From Lingula anatina (Eukaryota; Animalia; Brachiopoda), in assembly GCA_051362555.1 (NCBI GenBank), contig CM120641.1, forward strand, positions 4,650,001-4,714,000: a stretch of DNA of 64,000 nt, written 5' to 3'. Both the position numbers and the translations under genes were made by a program. A model generated the notes under the pieces. That model was not told where the DNA came from and searched no databases. It worked only from the letters and a program-made list of their open reading frames with translations. Shown here in pieces: positions 1 to 12,410 of the stretch. Position 1 is the first letter of the stretch. Each line of letters begins with the position of its first letter.

Positions 1-198
1 TTCTTGGTCACTAATTGCAACATCGGGGGAGTCGGGTGGGGGCACACCGTTGTATGTGTGGGCTGGTATTTCTGGCCGTTTTATTGGTGTTATTCGACTA
101 GTTGTCAAATTAGTGAGAGTTCGTTCGTGCATTCTACTACGGAATGTTTGTTCCCTTTTCGCTTTGACCTCTGCAACTGCGTCATCTGGCTGTTCCAT
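1..198 (-). CDS. Possible first coding exon of an unidentified gene running off the left edge
   Basis: ATG at 198-196 opens 66 codons to base 1 (MEQPDDAVAEVKAKREQTFRSRMHERT...PPPDSPDVAISDQE). Acceptor ttttattag at 222 and an upstream donor gttagt at 278. No family recognised. Confidence 0.4.
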   Translation of the reverse strand, partial: MEQPDDAVAEVKAKREQTFRSRMHERTLTNLTTSRITPIKRPEIPAHTYNGVPPPDSPDVAISDQE

Positions 199-3100
199 TA
201 TGTTATTGTCGTAGTGATTTCCTAATAAAACTAAAGCATCGGAATCGGGTATATCAAAATGCACTTCCTCGCACTAACCTAATTAGATGAAGAAGTCCTT
301 CCGCGGCCTCGACTGGAAACCTCAACTCCTCACTGGTTTTAAGCATGCTTCATTCTTCTGCTTATTTCATTTATTCTTCCCAGTAATGTATAAGTCCCAT
401 ATGAAACAGCTGAAGCGATGTCGCAGCAGGTGCTGATTTGAAACTAAACTGAATTGATTTGAACACAATGACCTAGGGAGTAAAGAGCAATGGATTTTAC
501 TTATCTCAACAGTGCAGCAGTGGTATCTTCATATAAACCCTTCATACTTATCACAATGTACCCAGGTAATATACTGTTTTATCGTATATAGCTGCGTCTA
601 ACAGTGAACGGAGGTTTACGTTCCTATTATCATTGGTGTGGCTATTTATCTGCAGTGAGTTGTAGTTCTATATCCCGCTACTGATCGTTGTCATTTCCTT
701 TCCGCCATCCCGTCTGCTATGACAACAGTTCAATATACTGATGTTCAGACACCAAGGCCATTCAAGGCAAAGAACACTGACCCCTTTCAGTCGATGTCAT
801 TTCTTCGTTATTTTTTTTTAAATGGGTAATCGTCTTTGTAGCCAGGAGCCCATGCTTCGGAAATTAACCAAATGTTAACTTGTGCCCCACCTTTGGCTGT
901 ATCAAACATAGAACTCCAGCGACGGCAAACAGTGGGAACCAGTTTAGCCGTTGACAAATATTTGTTATATGAACAGTGAAAGTTTTATTGAAACACCGAG
1001 TAAATAATCTGTCAATTGCCATTTACTAATTGTATGGTAAATATTTCCTCTCTATAGATGATGTTGTCATATATGATTCAAACACAGCACTTACTAAACT
1101 GTACGAATTTGAAGCATTTTAAGTAATTCTTAGGCCAAATAATCAATGACAAAGTGATCGCAAACAGAATCTCTAAGGACCCGATTACATTACAGTGCAT
1201 TATATACATTTTCTTATATCATACAAGGAAGAAGTGGCAAGTCAAATATGTCAGAGCGCATAAACGCTTTAGACAAAAATAAACATTAAACTTACAGTTA
1301 CATTGCCAAATGCTTAATTAGCGAAAATAGCCTGCGGCTTAACTTTTTGACAGCCCTTATATTGGCTGGGCTTGCGATTTTTGGTCACTTTATGGGCTTG
1401 GCGAGCGGTGGGTGTTTAGCTTTTTGCAAAGATAATACAGACACAAATATAAATTATTTATTATTATTTGGACATTCGGCATTTACTTACCACATTATGG
1501 GTTGTCAATCTTCGATCAATATGTTTGCGCTTTTTGATGGCTTCAATTCCCTTTGAAATTCGTCAGAATGGTTGTTTTTTCCTCTTTTCTTGAGCCCGAA
1601 GAGATGATTATATTCAAAAACCTTTTGATTCAGTGATCACTTCAGCCAGAACCTCCGTGGTTATAAAGTGAAGAATCACAATATCAAAAGTTGTTACATT
1701 ATCATGCTTTATTAAAAAAAAAATTGATTAATTGCGGACAAAATACTGACAGATTCCTTTTTATTTTTAAGACACCACAAATAAAACAAAAACACCCTTT
1801 GTTCTTTTAGCGTGAGAGTCTTATATTCTGTCTATATAATGTATTACATATACACAAACTAATAACTTTCCAGGAAACAAAACAGCGGCACAAGATAATG
1901 ACGGTCATGTCCTAGAATAAAATCCTTTCTAGATTGTATATTTTTTCCCGTATGTTCACAATTGTAGTTAATAATCATACTATATATAATATATAATAGT
2001 TAACTACAAGTTTCTTTAGACGGAATACAATGTACACGCAGAATGTCCACCCAGTAATGGGTTTGTTGGTCTGTGCTTATATTGGTTGCCGTGGTATCAA
2101 ACTAACGAGTACTTCCCTTCTTTTCTGTCACAAATTTTTGTAAAACCTCGAACAAATACATGTTGACCTTTTGAGACGAAACTAAAACAGCTCTAGCTAC
2201 TACAGTCGTCGCTGGGCAAATTGCCACTCGTTTAACAAAATCTCTAAAATATTTAACATTGTGCTTATGTTTTGAACTAACGGAGCTAGCACATCAACCT
2301 TTGTGAAAACCACACACCCTGGTAGATGCATCATGTTAATTATACAGAATTTACATTTATAGATTTAGTGTTTTATTATTTATTGTCTTTATTTATCTAT
2401 TTGTGGTGTCAGTGTAGAATAGATCTTATACGATAACATAGAATAAGAGGCTAGTGGAAGTAAATGGCACGAATGACAGGGCGTTTTTACATCGCAGTAG
2501 AGAGGACGTAAATCTGATAATGTTATTTTAAATCAACTCAGAATGAACAAAGACGTATTGTTTTACTGTAAAACGCCTGCCAAATGAGTTTCATTTCCAT
2601 TTGTAACATATTGCCTGATATATAGATTTCCTTTCAAAAGTTACAGCTTTATTATTCCAAACATCACACAAAGTCCCCATATGTAGATATTCACTCGAAT
2701 ATATATCATAATTCCCGATAATAGTCTCCAAGCTTTAACATGAGTTAATTACAAAAAGCAAGGTCCATAAAGTTCAATTTCATTAACGTAATTTAGAAAT
2801 CGATCAACCAAGTTCAACTTAGGGTGCCAACAACGACAAAATCTAGTTAATAGCTCTTCAATAGGATCTGCGATACGAAATGAACGTTGTCTGTAGTTTG
2901 ATGCCTGAGGATTAGGTTATGATTAGACAACTTAAGCCTCCATTTTAACTCGGCACATATTCGGTAAATTGCCTATTTCCATAACTACGTTACTTTGACA
3001 GCAGCATTAAATCTTGCATATATTTACATCTTACTACTGCAGATTTGCACACTTGATATGTAAGGCACGGAAAGAAAAAAAATTCTAGTTCAGTGGTATC

Positions 3101-5715
3101 AAGTAGGCCATATACCGATGTGCATGCAAAGATGTGCTCAGTTCCACCATTCGTAGCTTTGCAGTAATACCAACTCTGTTCGGAACAGATGTTATTGCCG
3201 ATAATAATGCTCGAACAAGGTACAATTTCACAGGCTCAGATGATTCTCTTGCAACTACCAAGCAGCGAGCATTTTGGGGCAGCAACTACGCGTTCTTCAT
3301 AACATTAGCCCACAATGAAACACTCATTTTCCTGCAGTATCAAATTTGATTATGATTGTGACTTCCAATGATTGAATGCTTTGCAGCTGTACTTAATGTA
3401 AGCTTGGTAGTCCCATTTAGAATATGAGGCCAGTAAAAAACTGGGGACTTTAAGGGAAATGAAAAATGTGGTGGCTAAGAATCAGTTTCTTTTTACCACA
3501 AGATATGATTCGGACAAGACAGATGTTCGGAAGCACAGTCAGGTAGACGGCTGATAATTGCATTGTTTCTCGTTTGTCTTACCGAGGACAATATCAATGC
3601 ACAGCCTGTGAAACGTCTGAGCTCAACTTGATTCGTGACGAGCTAAAGATCTACACGAGAAATATCAAGTCAAGACCACATAGGGGCCGTTTACTATCGT
3701 TTGTTGAAATACACGGAGGATATGACGAAATTACAAGCACGTTATAATCTTTGAAGTTCATATTAAGAAGTGTAGTATTATGAGCTAACGTTCCCATTAC
3801 GTGGCAGCATAGGATGTCTTATTAAATTACGTTAACATGGCTTTTAAAAGCAGGAGGAAATGCCTCTCTAATTTATTGTAACAAGAGACGAACACGCCGC
3901 GGTATCTTTTCCAGTGAGACAGCGTGCAGTATTATTATCATGTCTAGCTTACAATCTTCGCTCCAAGTATTGTTTCTGCTGGCATCCCTAATCACTTTCA
4001 CGGAAAATCAAGTTATTATAATCGATATCTTAATGGAAGCAGAGCAAAGACAATAATAATCTCAATAAATAAGCCCAGATTGAATTTGGACCTGCTTTAA
4101 TTAAATTTCTAATAAGAAACCAATGTTCGCAAGTGCGCGTGCGCAATTGACCCACGATCTTGTTTTCTCCACAAGCGTTTTCAATCCAACCAGTTTTTGA
4201 AATGCTAATGAAGATGTCAAGAAAGAACAAAATTACATGACTCGATGATTTGATTCTAGACAATTACCACAAAATGGAACATCGAGCGACTCCCTGTGAT
4301 GAAGTACGCTCTGTGGCCGATGCCCCGAGACACAAAATTCGATAATGCTTTTTTCGCTCAAGATAACTCTCTGGCTGATATCTGCTTAATGGTCTGGCAA
4401 AACGCTACCATGTATGCATGCATAGACGAATACAGCAGAAGCAACGTTGAAGTGTGTGCAAAAGTAAAACCCAAAGGTATTTATGTATTATAATTTATAA
4501 TATTTTGCCTTTAAGATATTTGTAGTGACATTCGAGATGGCAAGGAGTTATAAAGCAGTATAATTTTTTTTGTCTGGATGTAAAGGATTGATATAAATAA
4601 TAATAAAAAAACGAAGATCTTTCGGTTTTAGATATGATGGTTGTAAATGACAAGATGAGTCGATACTGTAATGAAAATAAGAAAAATATGTTCTCTACCT
4701 ACAGGAATTGCAGGCATTATGAATATGTTATTTTGCTTTACAAAGGTAACCTCGTTAAGGCATTTATGGCTTTTTCTTTGCAAGTGAACAGCAGGCGTCT
4801 ATGAACATCCCACTTGTGGACGATACGTCAATGCGCATTTTGGAAACTCCATTAGATAGGTTGCTCTGAGACTCGCACCAACTTAGGTCAACGATTTAAA
4901 TAAAACAGGACGGCCTCTGATGCCATCAGTTGAAGAGCTACACAAGTAGATATGGCGCTGACCTGACTTGACGTAGCACGTTTGAGACAAGGGACCTTTC
5001 AAAGAGAACACAGAGGCTTACTGATATATAGATGGATTCAGCACGGTGATTTCAAAAGCACACTTATTTTGGCAAATATTATTTATGAAAAAAGGAGAGG
5101 GAAGTGAATCATTTAGTGGCACGAAAACCTGACGAAACTAGCGCCTAGCTGACAACGTGATCCGAAAAACCGGAAGTTGGATTTTCTTTAAACTAATAAT
5201 ATAACACCTTGAGTAATGCGGTTTGTCATTCCTCTGTAGAATTTTCAAGGCGTGAAATGGTTGTTTATTTCATAAGAGTGGATTTCGTATAAATATGCCT
5301 TTTGAACGTACTAATGCCAGAAGCTTGCTCAAGATCATGAAAAGAGACAACATTGGATTAATTGTGTGAACGTAATATGTCAAAAAATAAGTGAAGGACA
5401 AGGTTTGAATCTAAAACAATACAAGGAGTTTTTTTTTCTAGTCTGATTCTTCGTGGTGAACAAAATTCAAAGCAGCGAAATCGATGGGCAGGCCTCCAAA
5501 GCAGTACACGCGGGTTTTGAATAGAGCGTCTTCTTCAATAAGCCGGATACTTAAGTGGAAAACATCTGAAACGCGTTTTAGAACACAAGTGGTTTTCCTC
5601 GGGCAGTTGTCTCAGTGGTCTTTTTTCACGGAGGATTTTTGTTATTTTGTGTGTTAACGACTGTTAAAGGGACCATCTAATGCAGTACACCCAGAAACTG
5701 GAAGAACTAAGTATT

Positions 5716-6343
5716 ATGGCGTGGTGTGGACGTAAGCGTTTCCTGATGGTCTTAACCAGTCTCTGTGCCAGCACGGCGTTCGCTTTCCTCTCCATGGGTG
5801 TTGCCACGGACTACTGGATATACATGACCGAGATAGTGACGGGGTGCAATCAGACAGAGGTGACTAAATCCACGCATGCCGGTTTGTGGAAAAAATGCTA
5901 TTCACAAGGTAGGTAGGCAATAGTCTTAGCAAAAATTCACAACTCAAAAATATAATGCGTGTTAAAACGTATAAAACCCTTAGGACATCTTTCTTTTCTG
6001 TATGTTGGGACTCGGCCTGATATGGTTGCCAATAGCACAGACGAAGTCGGGCTGGCAATGGAAATGTAGTTGGAAATGAGTCCCTAGGGGACGCTATGAA
6101 ACGCAGCGGAAAAGAACATGCACTCATCAGCGATAAAGCAAGCTGGCGTTGGCAACACCTGAGCACGAGGACAAGAAAGGGTCACATTTTGTTTTAATAC
6201 ATCTTCGTGCTTAGTGTTTAGGGGTTTAAGTTTGTGTTTGTGTTTAAGTTTGTGAGGACATGTTTGTGCATTCAAACACATTCAAAGATCATGTTTGTGC
6301 GTGCGCTTGATTGCTTTGTATTTGTACTGTACATACGAGCCCA

Positions 6344-6391
<48 letters not shown>

Positions 6392-8411
6392 CCTGCGCGC
6401 GTGTACATGAACGTATATTTCGCACTGTTATCTCTTTAAGTGTAGACGTGTAAAACGCGCGTGCGAGAGTAAGAGAGAAAGTGCATAAAAATGAATCGTC
6501 TTTGTGTTTGTCAAATGGTCTTTCGAAGTCCCTCGGAAACTGATAATGTCTTGATGATTTAATGGCACTGTCACTGTGATATTGATTCCGTCACAAAAAG
6601 ATCTTTGCATCTGCCTCTCTTCCTCCCCGAATATGATGTCATTCTCATGGGAGGATTATTAAATATTATCCTTTTAGTTCTGAGCATTGTTGAGAATATT
6701 TTCTGGAAAGTCTTAGTTGCGATATTAGTAAATAAAAGTTAAAATGGCGTTGCTAATTTCTAATTTATTCATGATATCCCCATAAATAGTGAAAGGCAAT
6801 GCTTTTCTCGACTCTATACCAGAAAAGACATCTTTCTTGGAAAATATCAGTCTCCAATTAAAATGTTTTAACATTAAAACGTTGTTTAACATTAAAACGT
6901 TGTATCATATGACCATTTCTGTAATTGATGTCGCAACCCTTCTCTTATTGGTACCCCCCCCCCCCCCCTCCGTATTAAAAATTTACGTTCTTTTTAGTGA
7001 CAGAATCCTAAACAGGAAGTTAAATAGGAACCTACGGGCATATTCAAAATGTACCGTGACCAGGAGGCTATTCACTTTGAGGTTTAAATTAGGAGCACGC
7101 TGAGAGGATCAATTTCAAACATCTTTGTAATTAATTTGTCGTGTTTAAACCAGTCAGATCCCATGGGCAATTTGGTATTGTGAAAAATGTCAGTCATCAG
7201 AAAGGAAATTATTTCTCAAAAAATGTTACAGTGTATCGAAAGATCATTATTCAAGGATCGGTTTGCCTCGGTTTATATTTAATTTCTCGCATAGTCTGAT
7301 AATACAAAATAGCTCTCTTTCGTAATATAAAATGCTATTACTGAAAAATAAATCTTTAAACGTCGTTGTAGAATTGGATTGGTTATCTATGAGGTCAGTA
7401 CTCTAATTCTTTTTACATGTTGCACAAACCAGCTGATCCAGGAAAGAATGTTATAGGATCATAAATGACATAATATAAAAACGCGGTCAGGTGCCCACCT
7501 AACCATATTTTTGTGGACTCGACTAAATATGCACCGTCTCGATCATATTTATTAACAAGCGACTCGTTGACTTTCCTGTAAGTATATTTGTGAGCTGTAC
7601 ACTAGCGCATCGCCGCGATTGTCTGTGTTTTCCATCAATTTTCTTCTCATGCACGAAGGCATCGTTGGTCATGCATGTACTCGCTGGAATATGTACAGAT
7701 AGCAGCCATTGCCGAGCCTACTGAAACCCTCGCTCTGTCCCCGAAGACAGCCCCTTGCCGTCAATTACCTTGTTTAGTCTTCCTTCAGTAATGCAGAAAA
7801 AATTTGATATTCTAATCAAAGCAGAGTGCTTTTAAGGTAAATTGCCAAAAACAACAAAAAGCAGTTTCAAGGGATTTCATAGGACTGTGATGCTAATGCA
7901 GTTACACCATAGCTCCTTTAATTTGTGGCGTGAAAGGCTATTCAAAAGCCATGACTGACTGTCTTGCTTGGGTGTGTAGGATAATATAGAGCAAAAGCGC
8001 CAATTAGCTAGCCATTGGCTGTTTTGAAGAGCTTTATGAAGATTTATGTGAAAAAATCAGAACTGAAAGTATTGTGCGAGTATATTGAGCAAAATATGTT
8101 GAAATAAACCTAGTGCATATGGCGTATTACGCGAATCATCTCCGCTAAAACCTGGCAACTGTTGTTATAGCCAAGTGTCTTACATCAATTAAATTTCCAT
8201 TTTTGTGCAGTTGCTTAAATTATCAGTGGGTTTAAGTAACAGATAATGGCAACTACATGTGCTTCAAGAATGCCCTTCAACCCACACTAGATTTTTCATT
8301 TCTGTGACACCAGGGTTGTTTCGTGTTTTTAATGAATGTGAGGTGCACGTTGGATCTTACGCATACCCAAGCCTATCTTTTCATCTCTTTGAACCCAAAA
8401 AAAGAAAACAC

Positions 8412-8444
<33 letters not shown>

Positions 8445-11400
8445 AACTACTTATAGGTAATTGAATGAGGAAGAATTCATTAATACATAATTTCATGTTA
8501 CTAATGACTGTGAGCTCATTTCCGGATTACACGATGGATAAAATAAAGATATGCAGGGTAGAAGCTATACCTATATACCCGAAAGTTTTTATCTTGGGCA
8601 TATTCGTTATTATGTTCAAGTTTTCATCAATTATAAATCTGGAATTATTTATATAGAAAAACTCTTAATTTCGTTTGTGCTTTATTTTGTAATGTTGTTA
8701 GACGTGTTAATTACTTGAAACATCAAACATTTTGTAATCAACATAAATATGGATATTGGATTGATTTTTAATGACATCGTAATGGCACCGTAATACAGAT
8801 ATATAAAAACACTAACAAAAATGATTTGCGACATACCGTTTTTACACTCACACACAAAGAAAAAAAGGGGGAAAAACGAAAGAAAGAAACAAAAAAGAAA
8901 AAAGAAAGAAGAAAAAAGATCCACAACGTCAACATTTATTTTATGTAATTATTAATTTCTAAATATTTGTATTGTCTTAAAACTGTTTGACCGTTCAGGG
9001 TATAATCAAAGCGTCCTTACTTTCAATCCAGTGTCGTCCTGGTTGGCTGTCTCAGAATAAAATAGCAAGAATGTCCTGACTTAAACTAGCAGTCTATAGA
9101 ACTGAAGGTTAGTCTATCGATCAGTGTGAAACGACCAACATTGCTATGCTAAAGAAAAATCACCTGAGACTTTTTATCAACTTGCCAAGCTTTGTTTCGT
9201 TGAAAGAACACTCTTCTTCCATTTAAAATGTCCTTTGCTGTCTTATATAAAAAGATTATAGCTGATTCTGTTGTCACCCTGTGAAGCATAAAAGTGTGCA
9301 TTAAAAAACTCAACTAGTTATCTGAAAATACAATCAGTCGTTTTAATATTGAAAGGAGAAATGGACATTCTTTTTTCAAATTGGACGGATGTTTCAAATG
9401 GCATTTCAGACACAATAGCCAAAATAAGCATATTGAAAGCACATGAAAGAAAACTTAAGTATTCATCTTCTTATCTAAGTTAATAACATAAGAGTATACT
9501 TCAGTCAAGTGATTTTTTTACATTTGATCATGAATATTTCCACAAGATAAAGACTTGTAGAAATAATAAATGTTCACATTAATCGAACTTTTGAGGCTAT
9601 TCCATGTGGGAATGATATATAACTGTGGCACCAGGTGCCAAAAATAAGTAGATCACATAACTTCATTTATTTTGATAAAGCGTCTGAAAAAGCGATGACT
9701 AAGTTATCATTATCTCCAGACTGCGAATAATCAATAGAATCGGAAAACCTTGGACCAAGCTACCAAATCACTGCGGGTGCAACGGGTTTAATCACTGCCT
9801 TTGCTGTGTCATATTTATATTATCGATACAGTGACTCAATTGGGTTTGCTGCTATACCACAGTCCCTTAATGAACCAAGGGCAGAGTCCACATATTCGCC
9901 GTGCACAATTATCTAATCGACCATCGTTAATGGCGAGGGCATGATTTCCAGCGGCGACATTTGGTCTCAAGAATACTAATGCCTCCCGGCCTACTGTTTC
10001 TCTTGTATGGTTACCTTTATACTGCGACTGCTAGTTGTAATGATGTGGAAATATCTGTAGTATTTGTAAAACATTAGTATGCATTTTATTTTTACAATCC
10101 ATCCTTATAATTGATGATTGCCGAAATTGCTTCCCAAAAAGAACTACATGTATCATTGAACGCGTTTCGCCCAAAACTCAGGTTCTACAGTAGAGATCTA
10201 CAGTATATTCTTGCTGTGGAAGACGAATGTTTAAAAAAAAACCAATTTCAATGATGATGATGATGATAATGATACCAACTTATACAAACTCATGACAAAC
10301 TTTTCTAAACTGTGAGACAACCACAATATGGTTTTCGAACTTTTCAACTCCGATCTCATTCCATGAATCCGTAAAAGTAAAAACCATTGGAGCTTATGCC
10401 TTAATAGGAAAAAGTGCCAATCGCCATTTATATGCTACACTGTAAGTCATCAAGTCAGATTTTTGTTTTGAGAATGGGATTCTCCTTCACCTTTTGACAC
10501 CTGTTCTTAAACAACATTTTGTGCGTTATATGTTTTGGGATGGCGTATTGGATTTTTTAAATGCTAGACGGCTATTTATGGGCATCATGCAGTTCGGGTT
10601 GAATAGACCTAGATTTACCCATAGTAATAGAGTTAAACCTTAAGTAGGTGGGAGAGTACAATGTACATCTTACAGGCAATTCCATTGATTTTAAATAGTT
10701 AATTAGTAATGTTTGAAATGTATAATTTTACTATTTTCACAGAATGCATGAAAGTTAAGCTGAACTGCAGTTATATCAAGTACTTCAGTCTTGAAGAAAA
10801 GGATGATTCTCAGAGAACAGAGGCAATACTTTGTAAGTATGTCATATTTCATAAAAACAAATTCGATTTGACAGTGGAGCGGAACTCGTGATTTCAAGAT
10901 CAGGCCCATACCTCTCACCGATTTATATTTTTGTTTATTGTACAATATTGGGTATTTTAAATTCTAAGTACACTCAATATAATCTCATAGATATCAATGT
11001 GTGTTTAGGAAAGAGACGGGCTGATTTCGATTTTGTTTCAAAGCGTGAGCCTTTCTCCTTCAGAGCCGTCTGTGCCGATTGTAATAGATAGAATATCTTG
11101 GTTTATTCATAATTGGTAGCAGTAAAAGAGAACATATTAGTAACAAATTGGTACTTAAGTAACTTACGTACTTACAATTTTAAGGTTTTGCTCAAAGTGA
11201 CAGGTTTCGTCAAAATTTTAATCTAAACACTCATTGCCTTCTGTATACTAAGATATTGCTCGGAATAAAATTTCTGTAGTAAGCCCACGAAAAAATATCC
11301 AGTTGCGCGAACATTTCATTTTTACCGCAGATAACATCAAGACTTCGACCATGATGCCATTAATCAGTCTGCTTCTGCAAATGACGGGAGGGATCGTCTG

Positions 11401-12263
11401 CTTTGCCAGCCATTGCTATGACAAGAAGTTATACCTGTCCTTTGTTGCTGGGGTCCTGTTTGTCCTGGCAGGTACGTAACAAGGTCAAGCACACAATTGC
11501 TCTTCTTCTTTTGCAATATTTCGTAAATATGGAACTTTTTTATGTGGAAGCGTTGTTCATGCTATAGGCCTATAGATGTGGAGGCCTCTCTTGATATCTG
11601 GTGCCGTTAAAGACGCTTTTAAAAATGAGTCACACACACACACACGGATTGATATACGGTTTCTCCATTTGCGAAAAAGGTTTCGTTTCTGATATATTAA
11701 ATATTCTTCATAAATTTTATTCAGGTCTCAGCACACTAATTGGTTTAATATTCTACATCGGCGCCATTGCAAGCGAAGCAGCTCATGTACGTCCACCCGG
11801 CATAGGAGAGAAACCTGTTTTTACCTACAGATACGGTTCATCATTCACTATGGTCGCCACTTCGTTTGCCATCATGGAACTTTCTGGCGTGCTATCCGTT
11901 TACTTATTCATATTCCGGTATAAAAGTGAAAACAGAAAAAAGAGGGAAAGGTTACGCGCTATCAATGATAGCGTCCAGCCCACTGAGAATCATGTTGGGG
12001 GTGGTGCCAGCCACGTGATTAGAAATTCAAGGCGTCGCCGATCGCGCTCAAGGTCACATGACCGCGAGCATTCTCGAGAAAATTCTCCTTCGCATTCTGA
12101 AAGGACCTACTTCACCTATGCAGCTGGAATGTCTAGAGAAACTTCCAACTACACACTTTCTAGAGACTTTCCAGGCCAAAACCATGCGGATATGTTCCTT
12201 TTAAAGCCTCTGAATCCTAACAACCATCATTCGGATTCTTCCCACAGAATGACCCCCGTATGA
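5716..12263 (+). CDS. CACNG: Voltage-dependent calcium channel gamma subunit / TARP (stargazin-like); join(5716..5908,10743..10832,11331..11471,11725..12263), about 320 aa
   Basis: Four GT-AG exons in consistent phase. Claudin/PMP22-family motifs (ATDYW, HAGLWKKC), four hydrophobic helices, YRYGSSF, an Arg/Ser-rich tail and a C-terminal RMTPV PDZ ligand (stargazin ends RTTPV). An alternative in-frame ATG lies at 5680. Confidence 0.93.
6347..6389. repeat. (GT)n microsatellite
   Basis: About 21 consecutive TG units. Confidence 0.95.
8408..8443. repeat. (CA)n microsatellite, interrupted
   Basis: CA run with one interruption. Confidence 0.9.
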
Positions 12264-12365
12264 ATGGAAAGTATTGGTTTCATGAAAAATGGAAGCTCAG
12301 CCTCGCAAGATTCTTTTGCAAAATTTTGAATTCTATTATTCTATTATTACAAATATTTATCTGCC

Positions 12366-12370
<5 letters not shown>

Positions 12371-12409
<39 letters not shown>

Positions 12410-12410
12410 G
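12371..12410. repeat. (GA)n microsatellite in the CACNG 3' UTR
   Basis: AG run with one C interruption. Confidence 0.9.

Noticed and set aside
11601-11724. N-terminal part of the 220-aa ORF
   Set aside because: Intronic; the CACNG exon starts at the acceptor at 11724.
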